64,000 nucleotides of DNA. Origin: an uncultured Candidatus Binatia bacterium (GTDB lineage: Bacteria > Desulfobacterota > Binatia > Bin18). The notes beneath the pieces were generated by a model that made no database searches, had not been told where the DNA came from, and worked only from the letters and a program-made list of their open reading frames with translations. A program made the position numbers and the translations under genes. The stretch spans positions 390,135 through 454,134 of the forward strand of contig CBDBEO010000001.1 in the NCBI GenBank assembly GCA_965204455.1, written 5' to 3'. Positions 57,386-64,000 of the stretch are shown piece after piece. The first letter of the stretch is position 1, and every line of letters starts with the position of its first letter.

Positions 57386-58237
57386 ATGGACCTTGGCGTT
57401 TTCAGTTTCAATACCGAGTACACGCTGCCGGCCGACGAGCTGGCCAAGGAGTGTGAGACGCGGGGCTTTGAGTCGCTGTGGCTGCCCGAGCACACCCATA
57501 TTCCGGCCAGCCGCGAGTCCCAGTACCCGGGCGGCGGCGAGCTGCCCGAAGAGTACGTCCACATGTCCGACCCCTTTATCGGTCTGGCCGCCGCCGCTGC
57601 GGTGACCACCAGGCTCAAACTCGGCACCGGTATCTCGCTGGTGACCGAGCACGATCCGATTGTGCAGGCCAAGCAGGTCGCCTCGCTGGATCGGCTCTCC
57701 CACGGGCGGTTTATTTTCGGGATTGGCGCGGGCTGGAATAAAGAGGAGATGGCCAACCACGGCACGCCGCCGGCCAAACGCTGGAAGGTCTTGACCGAGC
57801 GGGTCCAGGCCATGAAGGCGCTGTGGACCCAGGACGAGGCCAGCTATCACGGCGAGTTTGTGAATTTCGACCGGGTGTGGTCCTACCCCAAGCCGCTGAC
57901 CACACCCCACCCGCCGATTCTGATGGGCAGTCTGAGTTCGCGGCTGGGCCGCCAGCGGGTGGTCGATCTGTGTGACGGCTGGATTCCGGTTGAGACGGCG
58001 ATTGACGATATGCCGGCCGCGATTGCCGACCTCCACGACAAGGCCCGGGCCGCCGGCCGCGATCCGGCCTCCATCCCGATTTCGTTCTTCCTGGTCCACG
58101 CCCCGGGCATGGGTCGGCTCGCACGCTACAGAGAGCTTGGCGCGGTTCGCACTGTCGTACGCGCGCCCACCGCCGGCCGTGACGAGGTACTGCCGTTTCT
58201 GGACAGATATGCCGAAATCGCCCGCCAGTTGATATAA
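57386..58237 (+). CDS. LLM-class F420-dependent oxidoreductase (luciferase-like).
   Basis: FESLWLPEHTHIP..., GTGISLVTEHDPI, IFGIGAGWNKEE. Typical of the F420-dependent LLM subfamily. Confidence 0.75.
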   Translation: MDLGVFSFNTEYTLPADELAKECETRGFESLWLPEHTHIPASRESQYPGGGELPEEYVHMSDPFIGLAAAAAVTTRLKLGTGISLVTEHDPIVQAKQVASLDRLSHGRFIFGIGAGWNKEEMANHGTPPAKRWKVLTERVQAMKALWTQDEASYHGEFVNFDRVWSYPKPLTTPHPPILMGSLSSRLGRQRVVDLCDGWIPVETAIDDMPAAIADLHDKARAAGRDPASIPISFFLVHAPGMGRLARYRELGAVRTVVRAPTAGRDEVLPFLDRYAEIARQLI

Positions 58238-58258
58238 GACGCGATCCCATCTGTTCAC

Positions 58259-58543
58259 ATGATTAGGTCCTTCGCCGACAAGCGCACCGAGAATATCTTT
58301 AACGGCATAAGAGAGCGATCTTTCCCTGCCTCGCTTGTAAAACGGGCCAGGAGCAAACTAGACCGGATCAACTATGCGGCAAGTGTCACTGACTTACGGA
58401 TTCCTCCAGGCAACCGGCTTGAGCGACTTAGGGGGGATCGAGAGGGGCAGTACAGCATTCGCGTCTCGCGTGGTTGGCGGATCTGCTTTGTCTGGAGAGA
58501 CGGCGACGCTTTCGAGGTAGATTTAGTCAACCACTACGATTGA
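58259..58543 (+). CDS. higB: Type II toxin HigB (RelE/ParE superfamily, plasmid-maintenance killer family).
   Basis: MIRSFADKRTENIF...IPPGNRLERLRGDREGQYSIRVSRGWRICFVWRDGDAFEVDLVNHYD matches the HigB family consensus. Confidence 0.85.
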   Translation: MIRSFADKRTENIFNGIRERSFPASLVKRARSKLDRINYAASVTDLRIPPGNRLERLRGDREGQYSIRVSRGWRICFVWRDGDAFEVDLVNHYD

Positions 58544-58559
58544 AGAATGGAGCAAGACA

Positions 58560-58886
58560 ATGGTCCGAGTGCCCACAAATCGGATTACCACGCACCCCGG
58601 CGCTCTACTACGTGAGCAGATAAGAGAGTTAGGGCTGAGTGTCAGCGGCCTTGCCCGGGATATCAGCCTACCTGCCACCCGGCTGCGTGAGATCGTTCAC
58701 GAACGGCGCGGTGTAAGTGCAGAGACGGCAATTGCGCTGGGCGCGTATTTCGGTCAGACCCCCGAATTCTGGATGAACGCGCAGACGGCCTATGATCTGT
58801 CAAAGGAGTTGGTTGAGCGCGGACAGGCCATCCGCGCGCGGGTCAGCCATCGTGTCCAGGACTGCCTGACGAGTTCAGCCAAATAG
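58560..58886 (+). CDS. higA: Antitoxin HigA (XRE-family HTH).
   Basis: HPGALLREQIRELGLSVSGLARDISLPATRLREIVHERRGVSAETAIALGAYFGQTPEFWMNAQTAYDL. Confidence 0.85.
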   Translation: MVRVPTNRITTHPGALLREQIRELGLSVSGLARDISLPATRLREIVHERRGVSAETAIALGAYFGQTPEFWMNAQTAYDLSKELVERGQAIRARVSHRVQDCLTSSAK

Positions 58887-58904
58887 AGAACTGAGGCGCA
58901 ATCT

Positions 58905-59873
58905 TCAGGGCCTCGGCCGGGGCGTGTTCAGCGTCCGTACCGGCTGCCCGTCCAGGAAGGCCCGGATATTCTCGACCGTCTGGTCAAAGAAGATGTGGTA
59001 GGTTTCGGCGGTCACGTAGCCGATGTGGGGGCTGAGCACCGTGTTGTCCAGCCGTCGCAGCGGATGATCCAGGGGCAGGGGTTCCTGGTCAAACACGTCC
59101 AGCCCGGCCCCGGCAATCGTCCCATTTTGGAGCGCCTGCACCAGCGCCGGCTCGTCCACAATCGGCCCGCGTGAGGTATTGATGAGGTAGGCGGTCGGTT
59201 TCATCAGGCCCAGCTCGCGGGCGCCGATCAAGCCCCGCGAGCGCGGGCTCAACACCAGGTGGATGGACAGCACGTCCGACTGCGCCAGGAGTTCGTTTTT
59301 GCTGACCAGGCTCGCGCCGCATTCGGCCGCCCGCTCGGCCGTCAGGTTCTGGCTCCAGGCGATGAGCGTCATCTGAAACGCCGCGCCGATTGTCGCAACC
59401 TGTGAGCCCAGTCGGCCCAGACCCATCAGCCCCAGGGTTTTGCCGTTCAGCCCCAGCCCCAGACTGCGCTGCCACTGGCCCGCGCGGGTGGCCCGGTCTT
59501 CCTCTGGGATATGCCGCACCAGGGCCAGGATCAGGCCCCAGGTCAGCTCGGCGGTCGGATAGCCCACGCCCCCGGTGCCACACACCACAACGCCACAGTC
59601 GGTGGCGGCGTCCAGGTCAATCGCCGCGTTGCGCATGCCGGTGGTGGTCAGCAGTTGCAGCTTGGGCAGGCGTTCCAGCAGGCTGCGGGGGAAGGGCGTG
59701 CGCTCGCGCATGGCCATGACGATCTCGAAATCTTCGAGACGCCGGACCAGGGCGGCCTCGTCGGTGAGGTGATCGTGGAACACCTCAAGGCTGACCTCGG
59801 CCGGCAGCACCGCCCAGTCGGTCATGCGCCGGGCCAGGTGCTGATAATCATCCAGGATTGCAACGCGGACCAC
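58905..59873 (-). CDS. D-isomer-specific 2-hydroxyacid dehydrogenase family protein (glycerate/hydroxypyruvate/phosphoglycerate dehydrogenase-like).
   Basis: NAD-binding GKTLGLMGLGRLG, catalytic-region signature NTSRGPIVDEPALVQAL. Confidence 0.85.
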   Translation of the reverse strand: MVRVAILDDYQHLARRMTDWAVLPAEVSLEVFHDHLTDEAALVRRLEDFEIVMAMRERTPFPRSLLERLPKLQLLTTTGMRNAAIDLDAATDCGVVVCGTGGVGYPTAELTWGLILALVRHIPEEDRATRAGQWQRSLGLGLNGKTLGLMGLGRLGSQVATIGAAFQMTLIAWSQNLTAERAAECGASLVSKNELLAQSDVLSIHLVLSPRSRGLIGARELGLMKPTAYLINTSRGPIVDEPALVQALQNGTIAGAGLDVFDQEPLPLDHPLRRLDNTVLSPHIGYVTAETYHIFFDQTVENIRAFLDGQPVRTLNTPRPRP

Positions 59874-59896
59874 GCTTCATCCTCCAGCGTACACGC

Positions 59897-60883
59897 CTAT
59901 TTGTTGAGGCGCACGAACTTTTGCAGCACATGGCCGTCGAGCGGGATCAGACCCTGTCGGCCGCCCGCGCTGTAGTTCACCTCGCTGACGTACAGGTCGC
60001 CCCGCGAGTCGGCCCAGATGCCGTGCGGCGCATAGAAATTGCCCGGCTCCAGACCGTGCTCGCCGAAGCGGTGCTGGATTTCTCCGTCCAGGGTCAGCAC
60101 GCTGACGCACGACGGGGGCTCGTGGGGGGGCACTTCGGCGCCCAGGCCGTTCGGCATGTTGGCGACCTTGAAGCCCAACTCGGCCACAAACAGGTTCTCG
60201 TCGGCGTCGATATACAGATCGTCCGGGCGGCTCACATGGGTCCATTCGGTGCGGTACTCGCCGTCGGCGCTGAACACCTGAATGCGGGAGTTCTCACGGT
60301 CGGCGACGTATACCGTGCCGCGCCGGTCAACCGCAATCGAGTGCGGGATTTTGAACTGGCCCGGGCCACTGCCGGGTTCCCCCCAGGAGAACAGCAGCTC
60401 GCCCTCGGCCGAGAATTTGTGCACTCGGGCGTTGCCGTAGCCGTCGGCGATATACATCGCGCCGTCCGGCGCCAGGGCGACATTGGTCACCATGTTGAAC
60501 GGCCCGGCCGCCTGCTGAACCGGGGTGGTCCAGGCTTTGAAACCGGTGTCGGCAGGCGTGTCTTTCTCGCCCAGGGTTTTGAGCAGCGTGCCGTCGGGTT
60601 TGCACAGGCGGACGGTGTGGTCAAAATTGTCGGCGCAGTAGATGGTGTCATCCGGGCCGATAAAAATGCCGTGGGCGTTGGTGAACACGTCTTCTCCCCA
60701 GGCGTCGAGAAACTTCCCGTCCCGGTCAAAGACGATCATCGGGTGCTCGCCACGGTTAAAGGCGTACACCCGGTCCTGGGAGTCGGTGGCCACGCCCGCC
60801 ACCTCGACAAACGACCAGCCCTCGGGCAGCTGCTCCCAGCCCTCAATCACTTCGTATTCCACTTTGTTCGCGCCAAGTGCCAT
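59897..60883 (-). CDS. NHL-repeat (six-bladed beta-propeller) protein.
   Basis: Repeated ..GIAVD..G.VYVAD..N.RIQVF... motifs. Confidence 0.7.
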   Translation of the reverse strand: MALGANKVEYEVIEGWEQLPEGWSFVEVAGVATDSQDRVYAFNRGEHPMIVFDRDGKFLDAWGEDVFTNAHGIFIGPDDTIYCADNFDHTVRLCKPDGTLLKTLGEKDTPADTGFKAWTTPVQQAAGPFNMVTNVALAPDGAMYIADGYGNARVHKFSAEGELLFSWGEPGSGPGQFKIPHSIAVDRRGTVYVADRENSRIQVFSADGEYRTEWTHVSRPDDLYIDADENLFVAELGFKVANMPNGLGAEVPPHEPPSCVSVLTLDGEIQHRFGEHGLEPGNFYAPHGIWADSRGDLYVSEVNYSAGGRQGLIPLDGHVLQKFVRLNK

Positions 60884-60898
60884 GGGACTTCCTCCTTT

Positions 60899-61366
60899 TC
60901 AGGGGACGCGCTGATCGAGCTGGATCACGATCCCGTCGGGGTCTTTGAACAGGGTGGTCATGACCTTGCCGCCCGGCGCTTCGCCGTAGGCGACGCTGTC
61001 GAAGACTCGTGGGGCCAGGACGATCGGCACGCCGGCAGCCTTGACCTTCTCGAAGGTCTCCTCCAGATCGTCCACCCAGAAGGCAAAATGGTGGATGCCG
61101 ACCTGGGTCAGATTGATCGCCTCGCCCGAGGTCGGACGGTTCTGGGACAGGACGATGAACGTGGCGTCCGGGCCGTCCTCCCAGCGCAGGTACACCCCGT
61201 GACGTCCGGGCCGCTCGGCGCCGGTGACCGTCTGAATCATGCCCCCCGGGTTTTCGTTGGGGTCGTCCAGGCTGACGCGCAGGCCCAGCAGGTCGCGATA
61301 GAATTTCAGCGACTCGGCCATGTTGCTGACGCCAATGGCGATGTGCGAGGTCGCTCGAATTTTCAT
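60899..61366 (-). CDS. VOC-family (glyoxalase/bleomycin-resistance/dioxygenase) protein.
   Basis: HIAIGVSNMAESLKFYRDLLGL...VGIHHFAFWVDDLEETFEKVKAAGV. Confidence 0.75.
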   Translation of the reverse strand: MKIRATSHIAIGVSNMAESLKFYRDLLGLRVSLDDPNENPGGMIQTVTGAERPGRHGVYLRWEDGPDATFIVLSQNRPTSGEAINLTQVGIHHFAFWVDDLEETFEKVKAAGVPIVLAPRVFDSVAYGEAPGGKVMTTLFKDPDGIVIQLDQRVP

Positions 61367-61445
61367 GCCTCCCTCCTTTGTCTGTCTCGGCTCTCCTGAC
61401 CCGCAGCTATGACACGCTTTGTGGCCGGCGTCCAGACATGGCGGC

Positions 61446-62888
61446 TCAACCGGCGTGGGCTCGCGCGCGGCGGATCAGGCGGCTCTTGAGGGCGGCCAGA
61501 CGCGGTTCGAGTTCCAGCCGATACGGCTGCGGATCGCTGAGCCGGGTGACCGCCGGCGGTAAACAGCTCAGCTGGTCCTGGGCTCGCTGGCGGATCGCGG
61601 TCGGCACGGGGCTGGTATACACGACTTCGCCCCGGCGGAAGACCGGCACCAGCAGATCGTTCCACGTCGGCCCGGCCGAGCCGGCGACCCGCGCCGCGTC
61701 GTCAATCCCCAGCCGGGTATCATACACCGTGTCGCCGACAAAGCTCCCGTCGGTCTGATAGCGGCGCACCTGCAGGATGCCCGGGGTGGTGGTTTTGTCG
61801 TCCTCTTCCGACAGTTTGACTTTGTACTGCCAGGGCTGGCCCGGGCTCCGTACCGCACTCAGCTTATAGACCCCGCCCAGGGCCGGCTGGGTGTCGGCCG
61901 TGACCAGCTTTGTGCCGATCCCCCACACCCCGATCGGGCTGCCCTGGGCTTTGAGGCGGGCAATGGCGTGTTCGTCCAGGTCGTTGCTACCGACAATGAA
62001 GGCCTCAGGAAAGCCGGCCTGGTCCAGGATCTTGCGCGCCTCGATCCCGAGCTGGACAAAATCGCCCGAGTCCAGGCGGATGCCGACCAGCTCGTGGCCC
62101 TTGTCGCGCAGCCAGTGACCGACCCGAACCGCCCGGCGCACCCCGGCCAGACTGTTATAGGTATCGACCAGAAAGATGCAGTTGTTGGGCATGGCCCGGG
62201 CATAAGCCTCGAACGCTTCGCGTTCCGTGTCAAAGGCCATGACCCAGCTGTGGGCGTGGGTGCCTCGGACCGGAATCCCGAACAGTTTTCCGGCCAACAC
62301 GTTCGAGGTGGCGGCACAGCCGCCGATATACGCCGCCCGACTCGCCGCCAGCGCGCCGTCAATACCCTGCGCGCGACGCAGTCCGAATTCGAGCACCGGC
62401 TCTCCCTCGGCGGCCAGGCGGATACGGGCCGCTTTGGTGGCGATCAGGGTCTGAAAATTGATGATATTGAGCAGCGCGGTTTCAAGCAGTTGGCCTTGGA
62501 TGAGCGGGCCTTGGACGCGCAGCAGGGGCTGGTTGGGAAAAACAGGCGTGCCTTCGGGGATGGCGTCAACCAAACACGAGAAGCGCAGCTCTTGCAGATA
62601 GCCGAGAAACTCGCGGGGAAACAGGGCTTTGCCGTCGTTGCCGGTCAGCTCGGCCAGGTAGGCGACATCCTCGGCGGTAAACCGCACGTGGCTCAGGAAG
62701 TCGATGGCGTAGGCCAGACCGCAGGCCAGGCTGAACGCGCCGCCAAACGGATGATGGCGAAAGGACAGCTGAAACACCGCCTGCCTGTCGGCCATGCCCG
62801 ACCGCCAGTAGCCGTAGGCCATGGTGAGCTGGTACAGGTCGGTCAGCAGCGCCAGGGAAGGGCGGTAGAGCGCGGACGGGATGTTCAT
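61446..62888 (-). CDS. pncB: Nicotinate phosphoribosyltransferase.
   Basis: LLTDLYQLTMAYGYW..., GTHAHSWV, GIRLDSGD, 480 aa. Confidence 0.9.
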   Translation of the reverse strand: MNIPSALYRPSLALLTDLYQLTMAYGYWRSGMADRQAVFQLSFRHHPFGGAFSLACGLAYAIDFLSHVRFTAEDVAYLAELTGNDGKALFPREFLGYLQELRFSCLVDAIPEGTPVFPNQPLLRVQGPLIQGQLLETALLNIINFQTLIATKAARIRLAAEGEPVLEFGLRRAQGIDGALAASRAAYIGGCAATSNVLAGKLFGIPVRGTHAHSWVMAFDTEREAFEAYARAMPNNCIFLVDTYNSLAGVRRAVRVGHWLRDKGHELVGIRLDSGDFVQLGIEARKILDQAGFPEAFIVGSNDLDEHAIARLKAQGSPIGVWGIGTKLVTADTQPALGGVYKLSAVRSPGQPWQYKVKLSEEDDKTTTPGILQVRRYQTDGSFVGDTVYDTRLGIDDAARVAGSAGPTWNDLLVPVFRRGEVVYTSPVPTAIRQRAQDQLSCLPPAVTRLSDPQPYRLELEPRLAALKSRLIRRARAHAG

Positions 62889-62917
62889 CTGAGCCCCGCA
62901 TGGCCCACGGACGGAGC

Positions 62918-64000
62918 TTACTCCAGGTTGGCCTCGATCAGCATCGGCCCCGGGCTGCCGAACCCGTAGCCGAGGGCGTCGTTCAGCTCTTCGGCCGTCC
63001 ATACCGCCCGCGCCTCGACTCCAAAGCCCTCGGCCAGCTTGACAAAATCAAACACGGGCGAATCCAGACCGGTCAGGGACAGGCTGGCCTCACCTGGGGT
63101 GATCTTGGCCCGTTCCAGCTCCCAGCGCAGAATGGAGTACGCTCGATTCTTGCAGATGATGGCGGTCACGTTGTGTTTCTCGCGGGCCATCGTCCACAGG
63201 GCCTGGATGGTATACAGGGACGAGCCGTCGCCCTCCAGACACACGACCGGTCGGTCCGGCGCGGCGGCTGCGGCCCCGGCCGCGCACGGTAGACCCTGGC
63301 CGATCGAGCCGCCGGTCAGGGCCATATAGGTGAAGGGCGGGGCGCCGGCCGCCATCGGATAGTAACCAAAGCCGGCGGTCGCCCCCTCGTCCATCACAAT
63401 GGCGTTGTCGGGCTGGAGGGCCGCCACCGCCTGGCACATATGGCGTGGCGTCAGGGGGCCGCTCGGCGGCGCCGGACGATCAGGGGTGGGTGCCTGGCGT
63501 TCGGGCGGCGCGTCGAGCGCCTCGGCCAAGGCGATGACGGCGGCGGCCGGGTCGGCCTCGGCGCCACACGCTTCGAGCAGCTCGGCGTCTTCGGCGTACA
63601 GACCGCTGCGGTTGTCGGGATAACCGAAAAAGGCGACCGGTTTGGCGGCTCCGGCCAGCACCAGGGTCTTATACGGCTCCAGGACCTGGCGGGCCGGCTC
63701 TGGAGCGTAGGGAATCTTGTCCGGGCATATCAGGCCGCGCCCCCGGTCCTGGACCGGGGGAAAGGTCGGGGCCAAGACCTTGCAGCCGGTGGCTTGGGCG
63801 ATCCGGTCGGCCGCCCGTAAGCCTGCGGCTCGCAGCGCGCTGCCGCCCAGCACCAGCGCCGACCCAGGCCGACTCAGCGCTCGCGCCGCGCGTTCCACCG
63901 CCTCGGACTGGGGAGGGGCGGGCTGCGAGAGCACCGGTTGGGGGAGGGGCTGACTGACCTTTGCCCACTGCATATCGCCGGGCAGGATCAGGGTGCCCGG
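62918..64000 (-). CDS. Thiamine-pyrophosphate-dependent enzyme (acetolactate-synthase/benzoylformate-decarboxylase superfamily). The 5' end lies beyond the window.
   Basis: TPP-binding C-terminal domain (GGSIGQGLPCAAGAAAAAPDRPVVCLEGDGSSLYTIQALWT...). The frame is open to the window edge (...PGTLILPGDMQW...). Confidence 0.75.
   Translation of the reverse strand, partial: PGTLILPGDMQWAKVSQPLPQPVLSQPAPPQSEAVERAARALSRPGSALVLGGSALRAAGLRAADRIAQATGCKVLAPTFPPVQDRGRGLICPDKIPYAPEPARQVLEPYKTLVLAGAAKPVAFFGYPDNRSGLYAEDAELLEACGAEADPAAAVIALAEALDAPPERQAPTPDRPAPPSGPLTPRHMCQAVAALQPDNAIVMDEGATAGFGYYPMAAGAPPFTYMALTGGSIGQGLPCAAGAAAAAPDRPVVCLEGDGSSLYTIQALWTMAREKHNVTAIICKNRAYSILRWELERAKITPGEASLSLTGLDSPVFDFVKLAEGFGVEARAVWTAEELNDALGYGFGSPGPMLIEANLE

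Overview
High-GC (~65-68%) chromosomal segment from a didermic (Gram-negative-type) bacterium. Assignments rest on conserved motifs read by eye; I ran no database searches. Core and housekeeping genes dominate: an Mla lipid-asymmetry operon (mlaE-F-D-A-C), a second MCE/ABC system with a STAS-fused permease and a PqiC-like lipoprotein, acs, cysS, a class I lysyl-tRNA synthetase, pepN, clpS-clpA, hisI, pncB, fbp and class I fba, a TRAP transporter, F420-type luciferase-like monooxygenases and assorted hydrolases and dehydrogenases. Several accessory or disrupted loci are interspersed. (1) A >1200-aa secreted protein with a plant-receptor-like LRR ectodomain plus FN3, Calx-beta, PPC and duplicated C-terminal domains is split by an 854-bp IS5/IS427-like element with a CTAG target duplication. 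(2) Downstream of a tRNA-Arg(UCG) lies a polyprenol-phosphate-sugar-type glycosylation locus: an ENPP-like phosphodiesterase, a GT-C membrane transferase and two GT2 enzymes. (3) A fused nucleotidyltransferase-HEPN protein sits inside the fbp-fba operon. (4) A cyclase/AAA-ATPase/TPR signalling gene is broken by a ~1.5-1.6 kb intervening segment. (5) A ~2 kb low-GC type II R-M island (PD-(D/E)xK endonuclease plus a beta-class amino-methyltransferase fused to an Mrr-cat-like domain) abuts a truncated MFS transporter remnant. (6) There is an intact higBA module and a truncated HigA-like remnant. At least four genes show apparent single-nucleotide frameshifts: a YciI-like gene, a 150-aa hypothetical, pepN and yqgE. 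No CRISPR array, integrase or rRNA was seen. Most long ORFs antisense to real genes in the supplied track are GC-rich artefacts.
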